Shown: one piece after another, positions 37,401 through 48,842 of the stretch
How positions within the stretch are numbered: position 1 is the first letter of the stretch
Layout: each line of letters opens with the position of its first letter
DNA from: Puccinia triticina
Lineage: Eukaryota
Assembly: GCA_026914245.1 (NCBI GenBank)
Contig: CP110440.1
Span: 310,001 to 374,000, forward strand
Direction: 5' to 3'
DNA: 64,000 nt
Notes under the pieces: model-generated
The model's input: the letters and a program-made list of their open reading frames with translations, nothing else
What the model was told of the DNA's origin: nothing
Database searches by the model: none
Program-made: the position numbers and the translations under genes

Positions 37401-39001
37401 TCCGTTTAGTTTTAGCAGAAGTTTGAGAGGTTTAAGACCAAGGTGTGAGAAGCAATTATGGAATCCCAATAGGGAACGATCGAAAGTGGGAGTAGTGAGA
37501 GTGGATGAAGAGGAAGAGCTCACGGGCCCTGCAGGGAGGTAATAAAGGTTTCCTCGCCTGTATCCACGCCCGACAGATTTGCCTTCAACGGAAGTGTTTG
37601 CCGACCGGTAGAAGTCGCAAGAGGATTTGGTGAAAACTACGGTGAGACCCTCATCGCACAAACCAGCTACCGATAGCAAGGGTTCGTGAAGTGCCGGGAC
37701 AACTAGGGTTTTGACGGATAGGTTTCCGTCGATAGGCAGACGAGCAAGGCCTTTGTGGGTGGCCTCCACCACGGAGTGATCGGCTAAACAAACCGGGGTG
37801 CGGTCGGTCGTCATGTCGACAAGGGTCGATCCGTGGGGCGTCATCGACATGGAACAGCCGGAGTCGATGTTGGCGTCCCCCCTTGCGGTAGACCCGATGG
37901 AATGGATAGAGAAACTACAGCGTTGCCGGCTGTGACTTCGATTTCAGAGCCTGAATAGTCGGACTCCTCGTCTTCGTTGTATCGGTGAGACGCTTGGCTA
38001 AGAGTTGCGGCAGACGTTCTGCCAGCGCGTGCAGCGGGTTTGTTGGAAGACACAGAAGGGGACTTTTCTTGTTGACTTGCCTCCCAGCGGGCCTTTTGAG
38101 CTGCTTTGTGCTCGGCGATAAGCTTCCGAGTGTTGTTGCAGGAGTTGAGGTCGTGGGAGTCGCTATTGCAGAGGGGGCACCGCCGGGGCTTTTTAGAGGG
38201 ATCGTTTCGGGTTTCCTTGGAAGAGTTGGCGGCACTGTTGGGCTTAGAGTGAGAGGTTTTGGTGGCCGAGACTGAAATGATGTCGCCTTGTGATTCGCGG
38301 CGAATGGCCTCGTTCTTTAGAGCGGACACAATTGTGGCCGTCTTGACATCTTCTTGGTTCATTAGGGCTGACACGCAGTGCAGCCAATCAGAGGGGATAG
38401 AGCTGAGGAGGGCTGCATTATGCACATCCTCTGGTGTGAGAGGTTTGTCGGGAGAAACGAGGGAGTTTAAGCGCTCGTAGGATTTCGCCAGCGTCTCGAT
38501 GTGGGAGTTGATGTCGTCGCCCTCCATCCTGGCGTTTACCAACTTGCGAATCCAGTATACACGGCCGCCTGTGGTTGAGTCTTGGTGAGTGCGAGAGAGA
38601 TCGTTCCAGATAGTGGCGGCGTTGTCTTCGTCGGCGAGATAGCGGAGATTTGATTCATCCACAATCTGGACCAGAACGGCGCATACAAGGTCGTTATCTT
38701 CTTCCCAGGTGGCTGGACGGAGATTGCGTGCTACCGGGCTAAGTACATGATCGACTTTAGCCGACTTGAATACTCGGTGCACGACCTTCTTCCAGTTTAG
38801 ATAGTTGGAATCGGCACCCGGGGCCTTGAGGATTGGGAGCCGGGCGATTGAGATCTTCGAGGAAGAGTTTGACATTTGCGGAGCGATACCGATATCAGCG
38901 TGAGTGGGGTTGTCCTGTTTGACGTCTTTAGATGTAGACATTTCGGTTAGAGAGGACGCAAAAAGAGATTGATCCTTGTCGTGATCACGAGTTCGTAACA
39001 C
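34462..39001 (-). pseudogene. Copia gag-pol (gag, PR, IN, RT, RNase H), frameshifted into three ORFs
   Basis: Gag knuckle CPLCNSDSHDLNSC; protease IDSGCS; integrase LRSDNGGEY...NGVAER; RT LYGLKQSPR, HVDD; RNase H SDSDWA...TKHI. Breaks near 37880 and 36715. Confidence 0.92.
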
Positions 39002-39694
39002 CTGTTATGCCTATTTTTAACGTGCCTAGCGATGCGCGAGTATAGCCGGGAGCTAGCTGGTGCTCATAACCTGATGAGATGGACAGGGCTGAGAGCAGCA
39101 GGCACGGTACGGGGCGGTGTTCAAGAGTTGTGGAAGGATGATAATATTGCAGATCAGAAAGATATGTACTAGACAAAAAGAGAGGAGAGAGGAAAGAACA
39201 AAAGAAGAGAAAAGAGAAGAAGAGAGAGAAAGGAGAGACTGACCTGAGAGCAGCAGGCACGTGTAGTCGGGCAGGCTACAAGGCTATGAAAATGGGCCTG
39301 CGGCGGAGCAAAGCTACACGCGGCTAAATGACAAAGAAGAGGTGTCTGGATTTCCAACGACAGGGGATGGATGCGGGAAACAGACATACAAGAGAGGCCC
39401 TTTTATAAGGGCCGACAATGGAAAAGAGAACCAAACAACAAGAAGAAAACGATGAATGATAATTCAACGGTACAGACAATATGGGCGTGTACAGGTCACG
39501 CCTTGTCTGAGAAAAGAAAGAAGAAACAAAACCAACAACCCTTTGCGTGCAGTACGCAGGGGCTTCGGCACCTCTAACTCCTGGCTCGTGCGGAGCCGGA
39601 GCCGGAGCCGGAAAAACCTAACACGCGTACAGCGCGCCCCTAGTATGGGCGCCTGTCGCGTAGCCAATTGTAGCACGGCTACAACCGCCCCCCC

Positions 39695-42600
39695 CTAGAC
39701 AGGGGCTGCCCCAGCACCTTCGGGGAGCAGCTGGCCGTCAAAACGGACGCGTATCTTCCGCGCCGGCTGAGCCGGGGTAGCCGGAGAATCAGTAACCGAC
39801 GGGGCCGGAGGCCTTCCGGCGCCTTTAACCTTTTTAGCCTTTACCGGCTTAGATAACTTTGCCACCGAAGTGGTCTTCTTAAGCAGGGCCTTGGCCACGC
39901 GGGCCTCAGCCTGCCGCTCCCGCTGAGCAATTGCGGGGGGCGTCGCCCACATCCCATTGACCACCAAAGATCGTAGGGACACCGGCTTCAAGCTATTTCC
40001 GTTCACGGGCCTCGAGTATTCGTCGCCATTTTGGTCGTTAAGAATATAAGCATTATTCGGCAAAATTGCCTTGATCTCGAAGGGGCCGAACCAACGTGGG
40101 CTGCCCTTTGTGTGCTCCTCGTTGCGAAGTTTAACAGATTGGCCCACAACAAGGGCGTCTACATCGCGAGCAAACCTAGTTTTATTATCGAAAGCGGCTT
40201 TATTGGCCTCGGCGCGAATGGCAGTATTACCTGCTGCCGCCAACCTGAGCTTATTAAGCTCCTCAATCCTGGCAGCTAATTCATGCTCGCCAGGACAGGC
40301 CTCATCTGCGGCGACCATGCGTCGCTTATCACCCAACAGCCGTGGTTTTACACCATAAACAAGCTCGAAGGGCGAGAACTTACTACTATCACTTGCGTGA
40401 ATCCTAGTAGAGAATAGAGCAGCGGGGAGAAAATCCTCCCACCGTTTGGGGTCCCCAGTTGTATTCAGGCGGAAAAGAGCCTTCTCCAGGATACCATTAA
40501 ACCGTTCACATTTCCCGTTGGTACGGGGGTGATAACCAGAAGTATTAAGCTTCTTAACTCCTGCCTTGGCCAAAAAGCTGGCAAACCCGGCAGACAAAAA
40601 GTTAGACCCGCGGTCCGTGAGGAATTCGCGAGGTAACCCAAAAGGGGTGATCACATGATCAAACACGGCTTCTGCGATAGCATCTGCCGTAGCGTTTTTT
40701 AGAGGGATGGCTATTGGCCAGGATGTACAATGGTCGACAATAGTCAAAATCCAATTGTATCCCGCCTTATAACTCTCCGGCATCTTAATGAAGTCGGAGG
40801 ACCACCGCTCAAACGGCATCACCGCAGGCAAAGGGACCTGAAGTCCTGTTTCCTGCGACGCGTGCGCACGCTCATGCACTTGGCACGGCGCACAAGTGGC
40901 AATATAACTTTTAACATCCTCGTACCGTCTGGGCCACCAACCTCGGCCACGCAGCACCTGTAGTGTGCAGTCACGGCCACGGTGACCTAAATCATCATGA
41001 ACCGCTCGAAGTAGATCGAACCGGTGTGCTAGCAGGATAAACGGTGAGCGTTCGAGCAGTCCGGGACGCCCCAGATAGATCAGGGTCTCGTCGTCCGAGT
41101 CATATTCAAAGGACTTCAAATTCTGCTCCGCTCTCATTACGAGCCCCTCGGGGACCCAAGCTGGAATCTCCCTTTTATCAATCAAGTAAGGGATTATCAA
41201 AGGCCAATCGGTCTCATCAAGGACGTCGCCAATATCATCCACGAGTGATAAATCACTCCGTCGGGACAGCGCGTCAGGAACAATGTTGTCAGCGCCTTTC
41301 TTATAACGGATTTCAATGTCCATTTCGGCGAACTCCTCCAGCCAGCGGCAGAGCCGCTTGGACGGGAGCTTCTGGCATTTCAAATAAACCAGGGACGCAT
41401 GATCTGTATACACGATGGTTGTGACAACAGCGCCATCTAAATAAACATGCCATTTCCGCCAAGCGTGGATAATGGCCAACAACTCCCGCTCTTGTGCCGG
41501 GTAGTTAATCTGGGCTTTGTTGAGCTTGCAGCTCTCGAAAGCAACCGGGTGCAGACGCTCATCGTCGCCATATTGCAACAGTACCGCGCCGACAGCAAAG
41601 TCTGACGCGTCAGTCTCCATAATGAAGGCCTTAGCTGTATCCGGGGTAAGGAGGATTGGTGTAGACACCAGAGCCTCTTTAAGAAAAACAAACGCCGCGT
41701 CATGGACGGGCAACCACAAGATCTTTTCGCGTTTCTTTACGCCTCCAGCCGTCAGGCCATGAAGAGGGGTAGCAATTTTCGCGAAGTTTTTAACATAACG
41801 GCGGTAAAACCCGCACAATCCTAAGAAAGCCCGGACGTCATAGACAGTTGTGGGGCGCGGCCAAGATTGAATACATTCAATCTTTTCTTTCATCGGACGG
41901 ATCGTGTTAAATCCAACAACGTGGCCTACATACTGCATTTCACGCAAGCCAAAGGAGCATTTAGCTCCAGAACACTTCAACTCTTCGTCTCGAAGGACTT
42001 GGAGAACTGTGCGCACATGCTCGAGGTGCTCGACCTCGGACCTAGAGTACACCAGGATGTCATCCAAGTATACTTGGACGAACACATCGATGAATTCCCT
42101 CAAGATGTGGGTCATCATACGCTGGAAAGTACTGGGCGCATTAACCAAACCAAAGGGCATTACGAGCCACTCGAAGTGACCGTATTTAGTCCCGAACGCA
42201 GTTTTGGGTACATCATCAGGGGCTATCCTCATCTGATGGAATCCTTGCTGCAAATCAATCTTGGAAAAGAACCTCGCGCCGCGAAGCGCATCAAAACACT
42301 CTTGAATTACCGGCAGCGGGTGCCTGTCTTTCTTCGTGACAGCATTCACCTGCCGGTAATCAACACACAGCCTTACCTTCCCGGAGGAAGGATTTTTAAC
42401 AAATACAATCGGTGAAGACCACGCCGACGTAGATGGCCGGATAAATCCGGCATCTTGAAGGCCATTAAGTCTCTCTTTCAGAGTACCCAGCAGAGCTGGC
42501 GACAGTTGTCGGACCGGCTGATAAATAGGCGCGGCCGTACCAGTATCAACAAGATGCTCGATCACGCGTTTGCGTGTCGAGGCTTTAACAATGGGGGAAA

Positions 42601-43495
42601 AAAGGTCCGAGAACTCGGCTATTAGCGCACAAAGCTCTTCACCTAACTTCTCTTTCCCAAACACAGTGGGTAGGTCGGCCGAGCGTTCTTCGCGCGGGCC
42701 TTCCACGCCCTCCGATTCCGTGAGCGCAAGCAGCTTTTCTGCTGCACCTTCCCAGATGCCACGGCGCCTAAAAAATTTGGGTAACAAAACTTCATCCTCG
42801 TCCGTCAGCGGCGCGAGGACTGTCTCCTGAATCAAGGAGATAGCGGGCAAGGAAGGCTGAAAAACGACAACATTACCGCCTGGCCCCTTAAGACGCCACG
42901 AGTTGTGCTCCCAATCCGTCGACGAAACGTGCGTTGCGATCCAATCACGACCAAGTATCACGTCGTAACTAGCTAACGGCGCGATCCTGCAAACACAAAC
43001 GAAGTCCACCTCAGAAAAGGAGAAATGGACGTTAGCAAGCCGGTTATCTTTAATTTTATCACCAAAAGCGCCGGCGACGCAGAATGAAGATGGTGAATGA
43101 AAGATGGGAAGAGAATGAGAAGATACAAATGAAGAAGACACGTAGGACGATCCTGCGCCCGTGTCGAGAAGAACTCTGGCCAAGCGTCCCTCAACCTCGT
43201 GTAGGAAGTCTACACGAATCGTGTTCGACTCAGCAGCCGCGGATGCGGCAGCCAGCGGAACAGAACTTAAACTATCATATACGACATCAGCGGCGTCCTC
43301 AGACGGCTCTACTGAGGCGGCTGTCCCCACGCCTGGGGCATCAGCTGAACTCAACGATGCATCAAACTCAGGGGCGGGTCTTCCACCCTGAGGCTCAATA
43401 GGAACTGTGACAAGAGATTGATTTCGAGATATAGGAGAAGGGGGGGAGGCGGTCACAGTAACTACAACGGATGTCGACGGGAGAGACGGTTCCAC
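39695..43495 (-). CDS. Gypsy pol (PR-RT-RNase H-IN), probably expressed by -1 frameshift from gag
   Basis: 1266-aa open frame: LLDTGA, YLDD, TDASD, HDDLGH...CAPC, TDRGSNF, GPF motif; no chromodomain recognised. Confidence 0.95.
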   Translation of the reverse strand: MEPSLPSTSVVVTVTASPPSPISRNQSLVTVPIEPQGGRPAPEFDASLSSADAPGVGTAASVEPSEDAADVVYDSLSSVPLAAASAAAESNTIRVDFLHEVEGRLARVLLDTGAGSSYVSSSFVSSHSLPIFHSPSSFCVAGAFGDKIKDNRLANVHFSFSEVDFVCVCRIAPLASYDVILGRDWIATHVSSTDWEHNSWRLKGPGGNVVVFQPSLPAISLIQETVLAPLTDEDEVLLPKFFRRRGIWEGAAEKLLALTESEGVEGPREERSADLPTVFGKEKLGEELCALIAEFSDLFSPIVKASTRKRVIEHLVDTGTAAPIYQPVRQLSPALLGTLKERLNGLQDAGFIRPSTSAWSSPIVFVKNPSSGKVRLCVDYRQVNAVTKKDRHPLPVIQECFDALRGARFFSKIDLQQGFHQMRIAPDDVPKTAFGTKYGHFEWLVMPFGLVNAPSTFQRMMTHILREFIDVFVQVYLDDILVYSRSEVEHLEHVRTVLQVLRDEELKCSGAKCSFGLREMQYVGHVVGFNTIRPMKEKIECIQSWPRPTTVYDVRAFLGLCGFYRRYVKNFAKIATPLHGLTAGGVKKREKILWLPVHDAAFVFLKEALVSTPILLTPDTAKAFIMETDASDFAVGAVLLQYGDDERLHPVAFESCKLNKAQINYPAQERELLAIIHAWRKWHVYLDGAVVTTIVYTDHASLVYLKCQKLPSKRLCRWLEEFAEMDIEIRYKKGADNIVPDALSRRSDLSLVDDIGDVLDETDWPLIIPYLIDKREIPAWVPEGLVMRAEQNLKSFEYDSDDETLIYLGRPGLLERSPFILLAHRFDLLRAVHDDLGHRGRDCTLQVLRGRGWWPRRYEDVKSYIATCAPCQVHERAHASQETGLQVPLPAVMPFERWSSDFIKMPESYKAGYNWILTIVDHCTSWPIAIPLKNATADAIAEAVFDHVITPFGLPREFLTDRGSNFLSAGFASFLAKAGVKKLNTSGYHPRTNGKCERFNGILEKALFRLNTTGDPKRWEDFLPAALFSTRIHASDSSKFSPFELVYGVKPRLLGDKRRMVAADEACPGEHELAARIEELNKLRLAAAGNTAIRAEANKAAFDNKTRFARDVDALVVGQSVKLRNEEHTKGSPRWFGPFEIKAILPNNAYILNDQNGDEYSRPVNGNSLKPVSLRSLVVNGMWATPPAIAQRERQAEARVAKALLKKTTSVAKLSKPVKAKKVKGAGRPPAPSVTDSPATPAQPARKIRVRFDGQLLPEGAGAAPV

Positions 43496-43500
43496 GTCGA

Positions 43501-44631
43501 CTAAGCTTTTTTCTTCCCCTTGTCAGTAGGGGGGTGGGCGGCCTCGTACGCCGCTTGGCGCTCCGTCTTGGGCTCTTTGCAGTCCGCAAGAAGGTGATCC
43601 TTCGACCGACAGTTGTAGCAATACAACTTTTTCTTGCCAGCCTTGTCGCCGCCACCTTCGGTTCGACGCTTGCCGGAACCGGAACCAGAACTTGCCGTCG
43701 AAGTCGAAGCTAAAGCGGTGTCGCCACGGTACGCACTATCGTACTCCATGGCCGTAACAACAACTTGATCCAAGTCCAACGGGGTACGTTGGACCTGGCA
43801 GCGGGTGATCTCTTCGAAAACCCGTTTCGCGAGCCCCTTCGTCAGACAATTGACGAAGGAAGTGATCGCATCGAAAGGATACCCGTGCGATTTAGCGCGG
43901 GACATCCAAGCACGATACCTAGCGTAGAACGCTTGGAGGGTCTCGTTGGGGCCCTGCTTCAACGCGCCGAGCTCCCTAGCTAGTGCCGCCGGACTGGTAC
44001 CTAGCGGGCTTAAACAAACCAACCAGTGCTTGAATTCGTCCCAATTCTTGGGGCGAGTTCCGGCGAGGGCGGCGTCGCAGTAGTCATCTGAGGCCTTACC
44101 ACCCAAACGGAGGCCGCCAACCTTGTGCCATATGGCGGGGTGGGCGCTGCGATCATTTAGGTGTACCGCCAACCTGCTAAGCCAGGTTACGGCATCATCG
44201 CCCGGTTGCCCCTTGAACTTCGGGTGCTCTTCGGGCCAGTACTTGAGGACTTTCAACGGGTCCTCCTCGTACACGGTCTTCAACGGCTCCGCGTCGACGG
44301 GCGGGGCTGGACCAAAACTATTGGAATCCGTCGGTTCCTTCTTCACGGGTCCGTCGAGATTCATCTGCCCAACAATATGGGTCAACATCTTAACAACGTC
44401 ACTACTATTCGTCGTAGTGTGACTTACAGCATCATTATCGTATCCGATGAGATCCTCCTGGCATTGAGGGAGGTCTCTGTGGTTATCGTACCACAGACGC
44501 TCGGCTGGGTTCATCGCCTCGACCTCACGTTTCGAGTATCGGACGCCATCCTGCGGGGGTTGAGGGACAACCTCGCCGCCAACGGTAGGAAGAGGTTGCT
44601 TCCCACTTGGGGGACTATGACCAACGGGCAT
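43501..44631 (-). CDS. Gypsy gag
   Basis: 376 aa; LKQGPNETL capsid motif; knuckle CYNCRSKDHLLADC. Confidence 0.93.
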   Translation of the reverse strand: MPVGHSPPSGKQPLPTVGGEVVPQPPQDGVRYSKREVEAMNPAERLWYDNHRDLPQCQEDLIGYDNDAVSHTTTNSSDVVKMLTHIVGQMNLDGPVKKEPTDSNSFGPAPPVDAEPLKTVYEEDPLKVLKYWPEEHPKFKGQPGDDAVTWLSRLAVHLNDRSAHPAIWHKVGGLRLGGKASDDYCDAALAGTRPKNWDEFKHWLVCLSPLGTSPAALARELGALKQGPNETLQAFYARYRAWMSRAKSHGYPFDAITSFVNCLTKGLAKRVFEEITRCQVQRTPLDLDQVVVTAMEYDSAYRGDTALASTSTASSGSGSGKRRTEGGGDKAGKKKLYCYNCRSKDHLLADCKEPKTERQAAYEAAHPPTDKGKKKA

Positions 44632-45936
44632 CTAATCACGGACAGAAACAAAAAACAAAAGGATAATTTCGACACGTCAGTGACTGTGAAGAAAAAACAC
44701 CAGACGAATGCGCGCGCAGCACGCCAAGCAGGACCCTGCCCCAGAGGACCAGTCGACAAGAGACTGGGGACTCCAACTGAGGCAACCGTGACCCAGACCA
44801 AACCAAAGAGATGTCTAATCTTACGTTTTTTATTTGCCGAAGCGCGAAGAAAAAGACTACGATTTTAAAGGGTTGTTTGATTGGTATTATAGGGAAAGCG
44901 GTGCCGAAAGTGGAGTCGAAAAAACGTCGGAACGTAAAAAGGAACTCGCTACCACTTGTAGTCGGGCAGGCTACAAGGCTATGAAAATGGGCCTGCGGCG
45001 GAGCAAAGCTACACGCGGCTAAATGACAAAGAAGAGGTGTCTGGATTTCCAACAACAGGGGATGGATGCGGGAAACAGACATACAAGAGAGGCCCTTTTA
45101 TAAGGGCCGACAATGGAAAAGAGAACCAAACAACAAGAAGAAAACGATGAATGATAATTCAACGGTACAGACAATATGGGCGTGTACAGGTCACACCTTG
45201 TCTGAGAAAAGAAAGAAGAAACAAAACCAACAACCCTTTGCGTGCAGTACGCAGGGGCTTCGGCACCTCTAACTCCTGGCTCGTGCGGAGCCGGAGCCGG
45301 AGCCGGAAAAACCTAACACGCGTACAGCGCGCCCCTAGTATGGGCGCCTGTCGCGTAGCCAATTGTAGCACGGCTACACACGGTACGGGGCGGTGTTCGA
45401 GAGTCGTGGAAGGATGATGAAAGGGTCCTTCCACGCCTGCTGCCTCAGGAGTACTACATACATGATTTGATATGTGTGTGACAGAAGAGTGACATGGATG
45501 AAGCAGACAAAACAGAAGAAACCTGAGTACTAAACTCAACAGCTAAAATATCCCACTCTTTTCTATTTAAGGAGGCTCTCCTCCCCCCAGTTGTAATTTC
45601 TCTCAGCAAACTACTTGCACTCAGCTTACCCCATAACAGTACAATACTTTCTCACTCTACAGTATTAGCCCACTCTATATTGTGGTTTTACACCCTTACA
45701 TACAAATTACAACCTCATTACAACACTTACACATCAGCTACATCACCATAACCCTTAAGCCACCTGCTCAAAGTAGGCTATCTTTTGATACACCTCCACT
45801 ATGACTACATAAACCTTCCAATCATAGATTGGGGGGCTTGTTTTAGTGTCTAGTGACCCAGGAAAGGCAGAGGTAACCTCATTCATCCCTTTCCGCACTC
45901 AGCAAAAGGTTCTCAGGAACACTTTTGAGCTTTACA

Positions 45937-48339
45937 ACGGGTGTATTGTTCATGACAAAAATCGCCAGGCTGAGTTATTATTTAGGGGAACTTCAGTAAC
46001 TAATGTCCCGATAGACCTATCAGATGCTGAGTTTGATCTCTCTTGCAGATTCGTCAGCTACCCTCCCGTCACGGAGGCGGAGGTGTTGTCGGCCATCAGG
46101 AGGATCAGCCCAAAGAAGGCACCCGGTGTTGATGGGCTCGCCAATGAAACTCTTAAGTCCCTTTCCGTGCCCCTATCCAGAACGTTGGTGTCACTTTACA
46201 ACAACCTACTAATGAGCAGCAAATTCCCTGCCGCCTGGAAGGTCGCAGTCACCGCCATCATCCATAAGCACGGGAAGCCCGACTACACGAGTCCTTCTGC
46301 GTATCGTCCAATTGCGCTGCTCAGCACGATGAGCAAGTTGTTTGAGCTGATTTTGGCTCGGCGACTCACGGCCTGGGCTGAAGAATCGGGTGTTCTTGCC
46401 GAGGGACATTTCGGGGGCAGAAAAGGATCAGGGACGGAAGATTCTCTTTTTGTGTTAGAGCATTGGGTCAAGGCTAAGTGGAGGGAGGGCAAGGTGGTAG
46501 CTGCCCTTTTCTTGGATGTGAAATTGGTGTACCCCTCAGTACACCCTTCCAGATTGATTCACTATCTTTTCAAATCTAAGTGCCCGACTTATCTCATACT
46601 GATCATTGCTGATTTCCTTAAGGACAGGTTGACGTCCATTAGGCTGGACGATTATGTTTTGGAAGCCTTTCCCATCCAGATTGGCCTCCCACAGGGATCC
46701 CCTTTATCTGTCATTCTTTATATACTGTACAATAACTCACTGCTGACTGAAAAATTTAACACTTTGCAAGATACGGTTTCTATTGGATACATTGACAATG
46801 TTGTCCATCTGGTGGTGGCGGAATTGGCGGAGAAGGCTAAGGATGTCCTGGTGGAGAGGGGTCATCGGTCCCTGCAGTGGGGTGATACCCACGGGGCAAT
46901 CTTTGACCAAGCCAAGGCCCAATTCTTGTGGCTGACCAAGAGAAAGACACCCGCGGGCGACTTCCCCTTTGGCAATCAGCACCTGAAACCAGTGACCGAG
47001 TTGAAATGGTTGGGAGTCTGGCTTGATAGCAAACTTTTGTTCAACAGGAACTTCAGAGCTCTGGAAGAAAAAGCTCACAAAACTTTCAATCAGCTAAGGA
47101 TATTTGGAAATTCCCGCTGGGGTGAAAAGGAGGCGGATAGAGTAAAACTGATCTGAAGCGTCTTCTTTCCTAGGATTCTTTATGGGGCCGCCTTGTGGGC
47201 CACTCAGCCTAACAGAGCTAAGGTTGCAGCCTTGGCCTTGAAGGTCAACCGACTCGCAGGAATCTTCTCACTCGGAGTTTTCAGATCGACATCAAGCAAA
47301 TTCATCCAGGATAGATCAGCAGCGCCGGATTTTATGTTTGAAATCACCAGAACTAGTTTCTCTTTCTTCTATAGGAAGATTGGTAACAAAGGTTAATAAT
47401 ACTATACAATCCTTCATCTTGTGCAGCAGAGCAGATACAGCTGCCCGTTTTGCGGATTCGGCAAGGATTGGACTTGCCTCACATGTCGTGGATCAAGCGC
47501 GGGCAATGGATCCGGAGGTTGTCAGGCTGACTTTCAACTTCAGGATGGGCCCTTCTAGAGTCCTGGAGTTCATAAACTTAGATTCCCCCAAGGAAGATGC
47601 ATTCAGCTCCTTTTCGCTTGGGGGTAACACTCTTGTATCTAACCATGAGAGCGAGGCGGCGGGAGTCCTTGCTGCAGTCAGATTGGCCAGAGAACTATCT
47701 GCGGAAGCCACTCAACGCATCATGATATTTGTGGACAATCAAGGGGTTATCAGAAGGACTACCAACTCCTCGGCCCCCAAACCGGGACAGCGACTATTTC
47801 TTGAAATTGACAAAGCCTTATCAATGCTCCCGGATATATTGAAGGTAGCATTTGTCTGGTGCCCAGGTCATAAAGATATCATGGGAAATGAACTGGCGGA
47901 TGAATTGGCTAGAGAAGCGCTTGAGTCCCCCTCAGCGCAACTCTTGATGGTCAAGAGCAACTACAAGAAGGTCCAACGAGCCGCTCTGATGGGCCCTCCC
48001 TCCAAGAAATTGCAATCCTCGGGTCTCCACATTGCCGTTAGCTCCCTTATAAACCAGCTTGCTTCAGGTCATTGCGCACTGAATTACCATTTGTTTCGCA
48101 TCCACAGGACTTTCAACCCCCTCTGCCCCAATTGCGGGGCTAGGGAAACGGTAGTTCATTTCATGAACTTTTGCCCACAGGCCAGGTGCCCCATGGTGTC
48201 TCTTAGGAGGCACTTACGATCTCTTCGGATTCGCTTCAAAGCAGAACGGCTTGATTTGGTCCTCGGCAACCGGAAGGCAGCGGCCTTGGCAAGATTTCTT
48301 CAAGACTCAAGACAATTCTTGGATCATTTTCCCAAATAA
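45937..48339 (+). pseudogene. LINE ORF2 3' part (RT, RNase H, Cys/His tail)
   Basis: KAPGVDG, YRPIALL, GLPQGSPLS, YIDN (mutated YxDD), stop at 47154-47156, RNase H FVDNQ...WCPGH...GNELAD. Confidence 0.9.
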
Positions 48340-48842
48340 CTACTCCCCCCTCCAATTCCCTTTGTTTTCCATGTTTCCCTTTTCTTTCCTTATTTTGTTT
48401 TCCTCAAATCTTTAAAACCTACTCTGAATACCCTTCCGCCCTTATGACACTAGCATATTTGTAGTGGTGTTTGATTTTATCATGTGTTTTGTCTTCTCAC
48501 ATTGTTGTTACTCAGATTCATAGTGTGCAATGCCATAGGCCAAATTACACTTAAAAATAAAAATAAAAAAGATATTGTCTTTTGAAAAAAGCTTGGACTT
48601 TTTTGCTTTTTCGGATTTCTGAGGTATGTACTTAGCATGCATATTACAGGTTTAATCCTGCTGTTTCTGACCAACACAGCAGTGATATGATATCATATCT
48701 CCGATCCGGGCAGCTGCCATATCCTCCACCAACCCTCACCGCAATCCCACCAACACCGACCTCATAACCAACCCTCACTCGATCCCACCCACATCAACCT
48801 CAGCCCCCTTCCTCGGCAACCTTCCCACCAGCACCTCACTCG

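Larger units (their letters stand above)
39262..45378 (-). mobile_element. intact young Ty3/Gypsy LTR retrotransposon
   Basis: 422-bp LTRs at 39262-39683 and 44957-45378 (two differences seen); 4-bp TSD CACG; PBS-like TGGTAGCGAG; PPT GGGGGGGGCGG. Confidence 0.97.
33888..45541 (-). mobile_element. full-length Ty1/Copia LTR retrotransposon (5' LTR interrupted by Gypsy)
   Basis: 5-bp TSD GCTAA. 3' LTR at 33888-34236; 5' LTR at 39072-39261 plus 45383-45541. PBS GGTTATGAGC; PPT AAGGGGGGG. Confidence 0.95.
33200..45936 (+). mobile_element. solo LTR (~1.08 kb) inserted in LINE ORF2 and itself split by the Copia element
   Basis: ACGG|TGTGG ... TTTACA|ACGG (4-bp TSD). Removal restores LKGSDGCIVHDK in frame. 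Confidence 0.85.
30472..48570 (+). mobile_element. non-LTR retrotransposon (Tad1/I-like LINE with RNase H), interrupted at 33200-45936
   Basis: ORF1 with CCHC knuckles; ORF2 with APE endonuclease, RT, RNase H and C-terminal CPNC..ETVVH..C; A-rich tail at 48553-48570. Candidate TSD GATAT at 30467-30471 and 48571-48575. Confidence 0.88.
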
